Shown in pieces: positions 1 to 14,155 of a stretch of DNA of 64,000 bases. A program made the position numbers and the translations under genes. Positions within the stretch are counted from its first letter, which is position 1; each line of letters starts with the position of its first letter. The notes under the pieces were generated by a model, which saw only the letters and a program-made list of their open reading frames with translations, did no database searches and had not been told where the DNA came from. The stretch comes from Paraspadella gotoi (taxonomy: Eukaryota > Animalia > Chaetognatha), in contig CM119263.1 in the NCBI GenBank assembly GCA_051294375.1, positions 1,753,664 to 1,817,663 of the forward strand, given 5' to 3'.

Positions 1-236
1 TTGGTCAACGGTCAACGGTCAATGGTCAATGGTCATTCACTCATTGATTAGGATTGATAAATTTTCTTCGTAATACGTATAATAAGGCGGATCAAAATTT
101 ATCACTTTTTGTCATATATTTTATTTAAATCATTACGGAATTCCTTGTCTTTCCTCTTTGTTAATCATAACTAATTCATGCACGATATTTAATGATAAGT
201 AGTGACCACGGTCCGTTCTCCCCCCCCATTTATCAG

Positions 237-378
237 TGTTGACAGCGATGATAATCCAGAAGTGACAGCGAGAAAATTGGGAGATTTGTCCGGAGAATCC
301 GAGGATTCAGTTTCGCTCCCACGAGATTTCATCATAAACGATTTTGTTTCGAAGGAAAAATGGAATTTTATTTCATAA
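237..378 (+). CDS. Possible terminal coding exon of a gene that starts left of the window
   Basis: C-rich tract plus CAG acceptor at 234-236, then an open frame VDSDDNPEVTARKLGDLSGESEDSVSLPRDFIINDFVSKEKWNFIS ending at TAA 376-378. No recognisable domain. Confidence 0.3.
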
Positions 379-2321
379 TTTTCGATATGATGACGATGAT
401 ATGGATGGTGATAATGATGATGATAACGATGATGGTTATGAAGTTCATGCCGATGATAGTTATTAAGATATTGATTATGATGACAATGATGAACATTATG
501 ATTTATGATTATGATCCCGACGATGATGTGGCTTCCTCAAAATCGCTGGAAAAAAAAAAAGGTTTCGTGTAGAATTTTTGTTCTTTCGATGATTTTAAAA
601 GAATTAATCATTTATATGTTTCGAACATCCCAAATATTTCCACGAATATTTTCTCAGCCAAAAACTCAGAGAATCAAATCTGAAAAATATTTTAGGATTT
701 TTCGGCTCCGAGACAAAAGTTCATCTTTAATTCAGGGAGACCCATAGCTTCGTTGGGCGTCAAGGGCCATTGGGCCGATCGGGTATGAATGCAAGGGATA
801 CGAGCAGATGGAAGATGGATGCCTGCAATGAAATCAATGGTCGCTGAATGAAAGCGATGGATTAAAACGACACGTGCGACGATGTTGCAAAACAGGATTC
901 AAACATCATCGAAACATTTCATACAAAAGGTTAATAAACTAAAGAGTTCTCTGAAAGCTATGTATACAAGCAATTTTCATGAATACAAGCTCTGATTGCA
1001 AGGAGAAAGTCGGGATTAAAGCGACGACAGGGATGAATAATCCTTTCCTCGAGTCTAACTCTCGTCGGTTCCATTATTCATTCGAATTTTGGCGCCAGAA
1101 ATGATTCTACCTTCGACGCATAATCTCGAGGCCGAAGTCGCTGGAGTTGATGTTCGGGCTGGTGCTGTTGTTGCTAATGCTGTGACCTCAACTGTTATAG
1201 TTTTTACTGTTGTTATGAAAAATTGCAAAATTACTTGTTTTACTAAATTAGACTTTAAAATTTTATATTAAAATATATTACAATATATAATATATTAAAA
1301 TTTTAAAATAAATGTAAGAATTTAATAAATTTCACTATATATAGAGTATATTTTTTTTATAATGTAATGGGGAGAGGGATGTTTGAATTTATCGGTATCA
1401 TATTTTCGTTTATATAAAGACAACTGATTAATGGAGTTATTATTTAATTATTATTATTTAATCCTACGAAAATAACNNNNNNNNNNTCTATTTACTTGAC
1501 TTGAGTCTTTCTTCTGTCTCTCTGCTTTTTTCTTTCTCATTTTCTATTTTTTTTCTTTTTCTGTCTCGTGTCTGTTTTGCCACATTTTTCAATCCCTTTT
1601 CTTTTTGTCCTTTTCTCGTCTTCCAGTTCCGAGTTTCTCTTTTTATTTCTTTCTTTCTTTCTTTCTTTCTTTCTTTAATTCTCTATTTCATTATTTCTTT
1701 CTCTCTTTAATTCTCTCTTTCATTCTTTCTTTCTTTCTCTCTTTTCTTTCTTTCTCTCTTTCATTCTTTCTTTCTTCTGTCCATCCTTTCATCTTCTTCT
1801 TTTCTCCGTCTCTCTTACTATTTTCATTTTCCTTTTCTTCTTTCTGTTCTGATGTATTTTATCTGTCAAGTCCATCTCTCCATTCGTGATCCGTTTTGAC
1901 TTTTCCCGCTGTTTTCTTTTTTTGTTGTTCAGTCATCCATTGACTTTTTGTTTTGTTATTCAACTTTTTTTTATTCATTTATTCTCTTATTGTTTTCTCC
2001 CTCAAGATCAGCATTCAGGAGCAACAGCAATTAATTACATTTTTTCTCACTTATATCTCTAATGTCTAATGTATCTGTATCTGAACTTCTCTACATGCCT
2101 GGCTATTGCCCAATAAAGTAATTTTTAACTCCTTAAACTCTAGACTACTTAAAAATTCGGTAAAAAAAACCAAAAATTTTAAAAATTGATTTGCTTGAAT
2201 GTTTTTCCCAATTAACTTAAACCAAAGAAGGTTTGTAAACCTTTGTTGAAATGTAACGAACTGACAATTTTTTCTCGATATTTATCAGTGCTGATATTTT
2301 AGATTTGTCATTTCTCTTCCA

Positions 2322-2394
2322 TTTTTTATCAAGCCATGACCGGCGAAGCCGGTTCAGGCTTGATATTCATTCGGGTGAGCTTCTTTGTGACGTA

Positions 2395-2428
<34 letters not shown>

Positions 2429-2470
2429 GCCGTCACGCTGTTTTTAAATAAAAACTACTACGCTTTTATA
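2322..2470 (+). mobile_element. End of a non-autonomous Helentron/HINE-like element
   Basis: T-run, then inverted repeat TATCAAGCC (2327-2335) / GGCTTGATA (2357-2365) enclosing the hairpin ACCGGC-GAA-GCCGGT, followed by a (GTC)n microsatellite. This layout is typical of HINE/DINE-like elements. Confidence 0.5.
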
Positions 2471-2899
2471 GGTTTGGCTGTGACTTAGCGTTTTTTTTCA
2501 AATAAAAATTATTATGAATTATTCTAAAGTTTTACAAAAGTGTGCGATCATAGTAAGTTAAAAATTTAGATATGGCTTCTCATCTTGAAATAGCTTTGAT
2601 ATTTTTTCCAATTTTTCTGTAGAGAAAACCCTCGTCTTTCTCCCACTCCGTCGCTCTATTAATTAAGAATCAACCCTTTTGTCTCTCCGACCCGAACCGT
2701 TTCAACCTAATATAGTTAAATCACGTCTAATCATGATACAAGATTGCATTATTACGACTTTTCCTCCCATTTTTCCGTACTCATTTCGGTCTTTATTTCC
2801 CAAAACCACCTCATGTCATCTTAAATTCGGAATTTAATAAATAATCAATTAATAAATAAGTAATTTTTAAGGATTAAAAATTATGTTAGAGGTTAGTGT

Positions 2900-3245
2900 T
2901 AAGATTAGTTTATGGATTAGGTAATGGATAAAGGCTTGAGTTCAAATTAGGCTTAAGATTAAGATTAATATTAAGATTAAGGCTTGAGATCATATTAAGC
3001 TTAAAATTAAGATTAATACTAAGATTAAAATTAATATTAGGCTTAAGATTAAGATTAAGATTAAAGCTTGAGATCATATTAAGCTTAAAATTAAGATTAA
3101 TATTAAGATTAATATTAAAATTAATATTAAAGCTTGAGATCTTATTAGGGATAAGGATTAGATATTAGGATTAGGATTAACGATTAGAGATTAAGATTTA
3201 AGATTATGGTTAAGGATTATGTTAGGGTTAAAGATTTTGATTAGA
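2900..3245. repeat. Degenerate TTAAGA/TTAGG-type low-complexity tandem repeat
   Basis: Repeated ttaagattaa / ggcttgagat units. Confidence 0.7.
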
Positions 3246-3973
3246 GATTGGGTCATCGGTTTGGCAATATACACTTTTATACAGTTAAATATAAATATAA
3301 CATCAATATAAAGTTCATGAAAAGAATTGGGCCGTTTTTGTAAAAGAGAGCCTCCCTTTCTCATCTCGGTCGGTTCTGACTTTTCCATTATTTCTCTTTT
3401 CTGTCCACCAACGTTGGACGTTTTTTTTTTCTTTCTTTTTTTTCTTTCTTTCTTTTTTTTTATGTTTTGTTTTCCTTTATTTTTTTTGTTTCCATATTTT
3501 TTTTTATTATTATTATTTTTTTCTTAACATATTTTCTTTTTTCTTTCTTTTGTCATTTCCTCTTCCAACCCGCGGATAAAAGCTTTCGGTCTTCGCTTCT
3601 CTCAACCTTTGTTATCTTCCATCTCCATCCTCTCTCTTCTTTTCTTCTCTTCTCTTCTTCTCTTTTTTTCTCTCCTCTCTCTTCTCTTTCTTCCATCTCC
3701 CTCCTCTCTCTTCTTTTCTTTATTTTCTTTATCTTTCCATCCCCTTCCGCCCAATCACTCCCCACTCACTCCAACCCTCATTTTCCCTTCACTCCCCCCT
3801 TACTCCCCCCTCACTCCCCCTCTGCCTTCCCTCCCCCCGCGCGCATTCTCGTTTCTCCAAAGTTATCATTGTTTGCCTCTTTTTTTCTTCTCTGATTCTT
3901 CCTTTTGGCCTTTTTCTCTCTCTTTCCATCAAGAAGTTGCCATATCCCTCCGAGTGTCTCTCTCTCCTCTCCT

Positions 3974-4033
<60 letters not shown>

Positions 4034-4217
4034 TCCCTCCCAGACTCACGCTCTTCACAATGTCACATCCAACTCAGCGAAATCCTTTTACGAAGCCGGC
4101 TCCGATTCACACGCACACTCCGCACGCAGTCGCACGTGCGCCGCGCGCGTCGATTCGCACGCAGTACGCGCGCTTTCGTCACTTTTCCTCTCCCGATGCC
4201 ACTTACCCTCTGCCCAA

Positions 4218-4309
<92 letters not shown>

Positions 4310-4873
4310 ATAATTGAAACGTGGGCTCGGCCCAGAAAAAAAAAGGAGCGAGGAAAAGAGGATCAGACGGAAATATAAGGAAGATAAAAGTTAAGTGAGC
4401 GGAGAGATGAAAAAGGTGATTTTCTAAAGATGAAAAAGGTAAGTGGTCGGAAAAGATGAAAAGTATAAGGAAAAGAAAGAGAGAAAAGAGAAATGGGAAA
4501 ATGTGGCGGTATATTCACACCGCCTCACCTCCTGATTCTTTCAGCCAATCCCATTGGCTCAGAGCGAACGCACCGTCCCAAGGGTTACGTTCCATCCACA
4601 GTCCTACCGAGTACAGACTTCACATGAAACCCGGCTGTTGCCATAAGATATTTAATAAATAGGGGACAGAAAGGCATTCCCAACTAAAACCGTTAATTTC
4701 CTTTGGGACTTTAGAGATCATTAAAATTTACAATGTCCTAAACACCAAAGCAGGTAATGGACCGCCGATGGATAGACCGTCGCAGGCTATTTTTAAACGA
4801 CCGTAAATTATATGTTATACTTTTTATAGAGGATCGCTCGTTATTTCGCCTAACACAATTTTATAATTAACTT

Positions 4874-5104
4874 GGTATAATCCTTTCTTTCGTTGTTTTT
4901 GAGAGAATAACAAAGTTTTTAATTTAATTTGTACAACGATTTTATTTGTATCATAGCAGACATGTTTCGGCTCACAAATTCGAGCCTTCATCTGCGCTTT
5001 TTACAGTTTTAAAGCGCTGATGAAGGCTCGAATTTGTGAGCCGAAACATGTCTGCTATGATACAAATAAAATCGTTGTACAAATTAAATTAAAAACTTTG
5101 TTAT
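4874..5104. mobile_element. Penelope-like element remnant: head-to-head inverted terminal fragments
   Basis: Near-perfect inverted repeat, arms 4907-5000 and 5011-5104, each carrying a hammerhead motif. Direct repeat TTATAATTAACTT at 4861-4873 and 5101-5113 resembles a target-site duplication. Confidence 0.7.
5013..5056 (+). ncRNA. Minimal type I hammerhead ribozyme (Penelope type)
   Basis: AGCG-CTGATGA-A-GGCTC-gaatttgt-GAGCC-GAAA-CATG-TC-TGCT. Core CUGAUGA (5017-5023), 5-bp stem II, GAAA (5043-5046), palindromic stem III ACAUGU, GUC cleavage triplet (5050-5052), stem I AGCG/UGCU. Confidence 0.8.
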
Positions 5105-5566
5105 AATTAACTTACAAACCTTGAATTTACGAAATATATTTGAAGATAAAAGGGCTAGTCCATTTATGAAAAACTAAGCAAAGGACGAGAGGTTTATAAA
5201 TGACTCCCTTCAACGTCGTTCTCTATCAAGATTCTGTCATTGAAAAGAATTTATGAGACAATAAGAGTGAAGCTAGTAACCGAACCCAACCATTAAACTT
5301 TTTTTTAGTTTTGAAATGGCATTAGGTTTTGCCAATAAGTTCAATAAATACGTAAATACTGTAAATTAATCAAAAAACTTATCAAGATACCTACTTCTGA
5401 TCTGGTTGATTTTCCAACTCGCACAACCAGATTTACAAATGAAAGTGGATGGAAAATTGAATTTGGTTTTGATGGATCTCGCCAGACTTGATTCATGGAT
5501 GAATGGAAAAAGCGACTAACTTAGTTAAGTTCCTCTTCGCTAAAGTCTTTAGTAAAGAGAAGCAAG

Positions 5567-5611
<45 letters not shown>

Positions 5612-6279
5612 CTCTTCTCTCTCCTGTCTATCGTATCGTATCTTCAGGACACCAGCCATGAGAACTCGACTGGAACTATGGCGTGGGTTTCCTGAAAAAC
5701 ATTTCGAGTCAAAATCTTCATTAGTTTGATATTAAAATGATGAAGGCAAGAAAAAATAAACACAAAGAAACATAAATAAATGAAAAGAAACAAATGATAA
5801 TTATTTAAAAACGAATTAAATACAGATTATAATAATGTCAAGATGAATAAGGTTAACTTTTTAGCATAAACTTTCTTTTTTCTTCTTTCTTTTTTCTTCT
5901 TTCTTTTTTCTTCTTTCTTTTTCAAACTTTGCGTGTTTAGATTTGTTTCCATGAAATTTCTTTCTTTCTTTTCGCCACAAAAGGTAAAAGGAAACATCTT
6001 GGATCACCCACCGTCACGCAATCTACAATGTTTGTGCTCTGTCATGCTCAGTTACTGAAATCGACAGAAAAAAAAACTCCCTAAAATCGTTTTTTTTTTT
6101 AAATTAAATAACTCGTCATCATTCACTTGTATTTAGCGACTCTCTCTCTTTCTCTCTCTCTCTATTTATTTCACTTTCTTCCTTTCTCTCTCTGTTTTTA
6201 GTTTTGAATTAACTAGTAATTAGCCAGAAACGAATGTCGCCCCGGTTGCTCTTTATGGATTTTCAACGCCACTTTTGCG

Positions 6280-6496
6280 CAAACTACTTCCGGTTTTAAA
6301 CAGATCGAGAGTTTTAACAAAAAAGCCCTTATTTGGCCAGCACATTAATATTTTAGCGGGCATCGCGAAGTGGCCGAGTGGACGATGGTGATTCTGAAGT
6401 CGCAGTTTGGAACCGCGTACAGTGACGCCGCCTACGGTTGCTATGGCAACGAAGATAGACTGAGCGTGAGGGTGTGAGGCAAGATTGAGGGTGAGT
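6280..6496. promoter_or_regulatory. CpG-rich promoter with RFX X-box
   Basis: GTTGCTATGGCAAC (6437-6450) matches the palindromic RFX X-box consensus. ETS-like ACTTCCGG near 6286; + strand donor G|GTGAGT at 6490/6491. Confidence 0.55.
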
Positions 6497-9400
6497 GATC
6501 GGTTCCGTCTACTGTGATTCACTTACGTTTATAATATTTTTCATTATCTTCGAAAACAAGCAATTGGTCTTGCGGGGCTAATTCTCTAAAGATCTCCCAT
6601 TTTTAATTACTTATAATAATTATATGTACTTATAATAACGTTGCTCTCCTCCTTCGCTTTAAGTTTACATATTTCTCTGTTTTAACTAAAGTAAAAAAAA
6701 CAATTAAAGACGTAAGTTAGGTACATACTAAAAATGTATGCTTCATTTGTAATAATTAATCAAAACTTTTTTTCAAATCCAATATCGATTTTGATTTCGC
6801 TTTTTCCATTTTTTTCCTCCTGATTTCAATATTTTCCCGAAAAAAAAACACACAAGTTCCCGGCGTAATAAGCATCACGGCAATGCAGTTTTTCACCGCA
6901 ACAGCGTCTGTTTTCGCAGTAAAGGGGGAATTTGATAAAAAAAAAACAAAAAACAAAAAAAACAAAAACTATTTCTCTAATTTTTTTATTATTAATAAAC
7001 AGTTATTCTGATTGTTTAGTAATAGAAGTTAATAAAAGTAGGCAATTGTAACTTAAAGGATAAAACTTCAAAACAGAAATAAAACTGACAAATTTAAGAC
7101 CTTTTTGCTAACATTAAAGAAAAAACTTAATATATGATGAAACCAAACAAAGTCATAAAAAATTGAATATAAATATAAATAAACAAGTTTGAGCCAACAA
7201 TGTCGGATCTGACTACGATAATTAAGCGGTAATCATAGGAGTCTACGTCGTTCTTAGAGATCGAGGAAGACTTTTTCAATGGAGATTTTCGTTCAAATCT
7301 GACTACCAAACAATATAAACGCTCCTGGTAAAAATTCTGGTAAAATATCGATGTAAAAACACTTGATTCCGATCCTGTTGTATCTGAAGGGCTCGCATTT
7401 TTTTTTCTCTTGTCAAATCATCAACATCTTGATATCAAACAAGCCAGAACAAATAGACTGCTTCTGGACGAAAAAATTTTTTATCTCTGATTTTATATAT
7501 AAATGAAAGGGATTTTTTTTCCTTGAAAACAATATAAACTGAGTTATGTTCCTGTTCAACAAATGACGTCCAATTTTGGAATCCTTTGGAAAAGTGTCTG
7601 AAGGGCTCTTAAAATTTTTATTTACATTTTATTTGATTATTTTGATATGATACAATCATGGGAAAGTGAATTAGTCTATTTTGGTGAAATTTTTATTTAA
7701 AGTAAAAGTAAAAGAGGAGGAATTCTAAGAGTTTTCAACCGGGAGTCAGATTCGGGAAAAATCTTCTATGGCGAAAATCTTCCAAAGAAGGGGTAGATTT
7801 TCCAAAGATTTTGGTTAATATTTTTTATATCTATGGTCGGATTTTTTTAAAACTTAATATTAACAATATTGCCATCATTCTACCTTGGCCAGTATAAGAA
7901 TATATTAAAAAAACCTTGTGCTTTGTTCGTCCTAGTAATCAGCTAATCAGATGATAAATCACGATAATTATTTAAATTTGTGTATACAGCATTAAAATAA
8001 TCTATCATGAGCATAGATTATAGTATTAAAATATTTTTTGTCAAAAATCCTTTTTTCTGAGTGTACTAGCCTAATTAAAATTATTATATTACTATATAAT
8101 GAAAAAAAAATTGAAATCTTAACATTTTTTATATAAATATAATTATAGCTTTTAATAGGGACGTCTGGCGTTAAGCGTCCGAGATAAAAATTAGCGAATA
8201 AAAAAGTTATTTTACTCACTGAATAAAAATACTTAAAATACTTACAAAATACATAAAATTAATAAAATTATTATTGCAATAACATTGTTCAATCACATGC
8301 AATATATCTAGTGCCTTTTTTTTCACTGAAATCGATACTTATTAACTAAAAATATTAAAATTAATTTTTCTTTTTGATATAATAAGAGAACCAAACTTCC
8401 GTCACTTGATGTGGTCAGGTTACTAGTAAATATGCGTTTGAGGAATCCAAATCTGTTTTTAAAATTAACCTACGTAGACGCGCATAGACGCGATATGCCT
8501 TGAAAGCAAGTTGTTCCGTTACTGTTGAAAAAAAAAAGTACAAAATCATGTAGCAACCTTAAAAAACATATGATTTAAATATGAAAATTTATGAGTTCAA
8601 ACTTTGTTCCCCCTGATTTAAAAACTACTGACATAGGGCTAAAAGACTGTATTATCAGATTTTTAAATTGTGGTGATCTTCAGGTGAAAATTAAACCCAT
8701 TTCATAATGCCCATTAGCTATATTAATATAAAAAAATTTATTAAAAAACAACTACAATCTTTCAATAACACGGTAATACATGTAGCTGTATGGTTAAATT
8801 ATTGTTTTCATTTTTTATTATAATACAAGGCCCTTATGAATAAAGGGGTAAATTACGAAGAAAATGAGGTATTTCAAGGCTCCATATTGAGACTATGATA
8901 TCAATGAATTTTCTTTGTTCCGGCAACGAAATGTACCTAAGACTTTGTAGTTTCATTAGCTAATCTTTATTTTTCTAATTTTAAAGGGCATGTTTGGCAA
9001 AAACAGTCAGAAACAAAAATGATGGTAAATTTTGAGAAAAAATTTGGAATAATTGCTATTATTTCTTACTATGAGATCAAGTTATTTTTTTTGTTATGTG
9101 CTTGAAAGATAGGCTAAACCCAACAGAATCGGAATCAGTGCATGACCGCTGTATATTTATTTGAATTAAGGAAAAAAAATCAATTCTGATAAAAAATTTC
9201 AAAATAAATTAATTTAAAAAATATATTTTTGTCAATATTATCAAAATTTATTAGTCCCAATTATTACAAATGTAAATATAAGATTTAGCTGTGTCTACGA
9301 GGCCTGGCAGAAAAAAATTATCACAATTTTTTTTTTGTTTATGTCATAATGCTATCATAAAATAATTTTAATGCATCATGTGAGGTATCATATGAAAGCG

Positions 9401-9544
9401 AACAATGTCTGCTACATGACAGCACGTGAAAAAAAATTTTCTTAATAAAAATAAAAAATCACCCAACTACCCTACTTTTAAAAATTCTTACGTTTTCTTA
9501 GTAAAAATCTAAAAAAACTGATAAAGTCATTGAAAGATGATGAT

Positions 9545-10140
9545 GATTTTAATGGAAACAGTATTAAATGAATCCATTATTGGTATTAGTTATTGTGTTA
9601 AAATATTTTTTAGCAAAAATGTTCCGAACCATGAGTAATTTTCTAATTATAATTAGTATATTGCTATATAATGTAAAAAATTTTTTTTGAATATTTAAAG
9701 TTTTTTTAATTGATTCTGATAGAGCTCAAAAAGTTAAGCAAAAAATGTAATTACAACTTTTTAAAATTTTGATGTTTTATTACTGAAAATTAGCAAAGAC
9801 TACTAAAATTATCGGATGATGATGATAGCGGTAGCCGACCAAATTCAAATTTTAATGGGAACAGCATTAGACAAATCCATTATTGGTATTAAATTATTGT
9901 GTTAAATATTTTTTTGCAAAAGTGTTCCGAACCATGAGTAATTTGCTAATTAATATTATTATATTGCTATATAATGCCAAAAATATTTTTTTGGATATTT
10001 TAAGTTTTTTTAATTGATTCTGATAGAGCTTAAAAAGTTAAGCAAAAATATATAATTACAACTTTTTAAGATTTTGATGTTTTATTACTAAAAATTAGAA
10101 AAACTGCTAAAATCATTGGATGATGATGATGATGATGATT
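9545..10140. repeat. Diverged ~300-bp tandem duplication within an AT-rich, probably transposon-derived tract
   Basis: 9548-9825 aligns to 9851-10135 (shared aatccattattggtatt, gttccgaaccatgagtaatt, ttgattctgatagagct). Confidence 0.8.
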
Positions 10141-12797
10141 TTTAAAGGTTTTTCTCAATTTTTACCCACTTATCATCAAAAATATTGAAAAAAGAATTAT
10201 ACTTTGCGTAGATAACTTTTCATAAGCTATTTGAATCTGCTTTAAAAAATAAAAATTCCAAAAAATGTTTTGACATTTCCTATCTAATAAAAAATATTAA
10301 AAAATAATTACTAATGCTTCTTGCAATTTTAGAAAATTTTGGTCCATTAAAAGTTTTCTCAAAAATGTATGAAGTTTCATTTGGGAAGGTTCTCAATAAA
10401 CTTCTGACCCACCCCATTGCCAAAGTTTTGGCTCTTACTTTAAGCATAATACAAATATAAAAAAAGTCAAAGAAAGAAAAAGCAGCAATGTAATTCTAAT
10501 TTTATTATTATGTTTTCTCGTTCTCGTCTTTCTCTTTCTCTCTTTCCGCTTTCTCTTTTTTTCTTTCTCTATTTCTCTTTCCCCTCATTATTTTTCTAGT
10601 TGTTTGTCTTTCATAAACCATGACCATAACTATAAATATAAAATATGAATATTAGTTTATTGATTAAATGGTTTATTGATTGAGCTATTGATCAAAAGAT
10701 TTATTGATTAATAATTTTTTTTTGTTTTATTAAAAAGTATATCAAAATTTTTATAATAATTTTTTCAAATGTTTTTATTTATTTTTTTAATTCATTAGGT
10801 TTTATTTCATTTGCTTCTTTGTTCGTTCTAAAGAGGGAAAGAAAAATAGAAAAAAAAATTTATTTATTTTTTAATAAAAAATGAGAATAAAAAGTTTAAG
10901 CCTTTTTCAGTGTCATTTTAGTTTGTAAAATTATTAGACAGAATTTGTATAGAAGATAAAATAAAAACATACTGGAAGGGCAGAAAAAAAGAAGAGAAAA
11001 AAAAGGGGGGAAAGAAGGAGGGGAAAAGAGAGAAAGAAAAAGAAAGGAACAGAAGGGTATAAAGTAGGGGGAAGAAAGAATAAGAGAGATTAGGATAAAA
11101 AAAAATTGGGGATGATAATAAAAAAGAAAAAAAACATTGAAAAAATGGAGAAGAGTGAGAAGGGGGAAAATATGGTGAGAAAGGGAGAGGAGAATAAGAG
11201 ACGACGGGAAAAAAATTTCGAGTTAACTTTTAACGGTTATCGGAACACTAAGTGTGACTACCCTTAATAACAGATAGTACCATACAAAACTAGTGGCTGC
11301 GCCAATACATTTAAATCGCTTGTTAGGGATTACCCTAAACTGTTGGTAAGGTAGAAATAATTACAAAAAAGTACAAATATTTTGTTTAACTATTATTATT
11401 TTTTCCACTTGCATCATTTTTTCAACTTGCATCATTTTTTTCTTACCGACAAGGTTAATGGGGTGGACAGACGGACCGACAAAGTGAATTATAGAAAAAC
11501 CCTTTCCTTAAAATTAATTTAAGGATTAATTTATAGATTAATTTAAGGATTAATTTATAGATTAATTTAGGGATTAATTTAAGGATTAATTTAATTTAGG
11601 TAAATTGAATTAAAATTTGCTCAGTTAATCAGGTCAAATATTACCTTCGTTTACCCCTCTTTCTGCATCTTTCGAACCACTGTACACAATCACTCTATCA
11701 GAATTCAAATTAAAAAATTATCCTGTCTGTATTCCAAAAAATATTGTAATAATATTACAAAATATATATATATTTTTAAAAGCTTTGAACGTACGCCGTC
11801 CATTCTTTTTTTATGTTGAACTCCTTTGCTCAAAAACTTATGAAGATGTTCCTTTTTCAATTCTTCTTCAGTTAGTCCCTAGTTTAAAACGATTGAGTTA
11901 ATTAACAACCAAATAAAACAGCCAACAGTTTAAACGATTTAGTTAAAGAACAACAAAATACAACAGACAACAGGATTTTTCTTCTTACATATTTTGCCTC
12001 CAAAGAGAAGGCGATCATGGCCGCCAAAAGAATCCAAACGAACATTTCCATTTTTTATTTTAAAATTGAAATAAATAAATTTAAAAAAAAAAATAAAAAA
12101 AAGAAGAGTAAAGCAAATTTGTAACAACTAGATCAAAATGTTTGTTTCTTAGTAAGAAAGAAATTTTTCGAGTTTCCGCTAATTAAAATCCGAAAACATT
12201 TCATCGCCGCGAAAGAAAAGGAAAAGAAACTCGTCGTCGTTGTCACAACTTACATGACATCGCCTATTTACGATAAATATTATCCACAAAAGTGACGCCA
12301 CCGAAACGCCACACCAGCGCCACAACCAAGCCTCACCATTTACAAACTCCACAGCTACGCCACATCAGCGTCACATCCACGCCACTACAACGCCACATCG
12401 TCCCACCACAGATTTTGTTTTTTCGAAGCAAAAAACGAATTCGACGAAAACTAGTTTGAGCAGACAATGTCGGATCTGCCTAATTCAGCGGTAATCAGTT
12501 AATCAGATCCATAATTTTTTCAATTCGCAATCATTTTTTTAATTTGCAAACTAATTTCCATTCCTCGATTCCATCAAAATTTTATAATTTATAATTAAAA
12601 TTAATAAAAAGTAAAGGCGACTTATGTTTTTTTTCCATTTCAACTCATTTCCACATTAAATTCACGAGATTAATTATACAATGTCACGGTATATAAAAAA
12701 AATTACTACCAATTAGAAAATTCTAAATATCGAAACAATAAGTTGGACGAAGCGTCCAAGAAAATATGTTCTTCCTTCGATCCCGTTGCGCACAATC

Positions 12798-14069
12798 ATG
12801 ACGCAAGTCCGAGCAGCGGCTGCGGCGGCGACAGCGGCTGTGTCGTCGCTGGAGGCAGCGGCGGCGGCGGCTTCGTTAGAGGCGGTCTTGGCGGAGCGAC
12901 TCGATTACAAACGCGTCGTCGACGACTCGATGCTGTCGCCGACGCAAAAGGCATCCAGGTCAGGGAAGAAACAGTCAACTGTTTACAGTTTATTGTTTAC
13001 TGTTTGCTGCTTTCTTCACGATTCACGCTATTTCGTTTATCATATTGATAAAGGATCGTAGGAATGTTTGGTATGTTAGATATATTTTGTATGTTAGGTA
13101 TGTTAGGTATGCTATGTATGTTAGATAATTTTTCAGTTCAATTAAGATCTATTAGATGTCTATAGTATGGTGAAATAAAATCCTCCAACTGATCATCAGC
13201 GGCCATTGGTGCAGGAGGCAAGTCATTCGCCTCTCACCTAGCAGTTAAGAGGGACGGGGGGCTTAAGCCGCTTGAAAAACGGTGTTACGGAACAATAGTA
13301 AAATTCAAGTGTATATTATGAATAATTATATGTATACCTTTTAGGTCTTCAAAAACTTTCAATAAATATGTTTTTATTGACAGACTTGGAATCCGATTGA
13401 AATCTACTCCCGTTTCTTCGTTTGGCGGAAACAAAGGGTGAGTCAGATTCTTTTTAGTCAAACTTGAAGAGATTTATCACTAACAAGCATTTTAACAAAC
13501 TAGTATGTAAAATTGTAATCAATTAGAGGACAGATAAAGAGGCGAAGTGAGCACGAGCGAATCATTTCACGAACGAATGGCCAACAAAAAAATTCGGGTC
13601 GAGATTCTTAACCGCTTTACCCTGGCTTGATAACTTGATTACTTAGAGCCATTTCAAAATTAATTAGTTATTCTAAAATAATAAATTCGGAAAATCACCA
13701 ACCGCTACAAATTCGACATGGGAGTTTTCTTTCTTTTGTTTTTTTTTCAGTCGCCTTCGTTCCGCGAGTCTCCACCAGTCTGCGCAACGTCCTTCCTCTC
13801 CCAAACAAAAGACGTCGCCTCATTTGAGCCCGAATCTTCGGCGGATCCCGGTGACCGTCGTTTCGGAGCCAGAGGAGGATCGCCTCAAGAAGCCCGTCGA
13901 CGGGGAAGGCTCGCCCCTCGGGAAGCCTTTAAGGATGGAGAGCATCGTCATCAATGATGGGGTGGAAGAGGAGGAGGAGGAGGAGGAAGAGGAGGAGGAA
14001 GAAGAAGATGACGCTGATGACGAAGACGAAGAAAATGGAGGAAGGAATAAGAGGAGAGACAAGGGGAAT

Positions 14070-14155
<86 letters not shown>

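Noticed and set aside
1501-4378. Many F/L/S-rich and RE-repeat ORFs
   Set aside because: They are translations of pyrimidine tracts and (CT)n microsatellites, with no splice or domain support.
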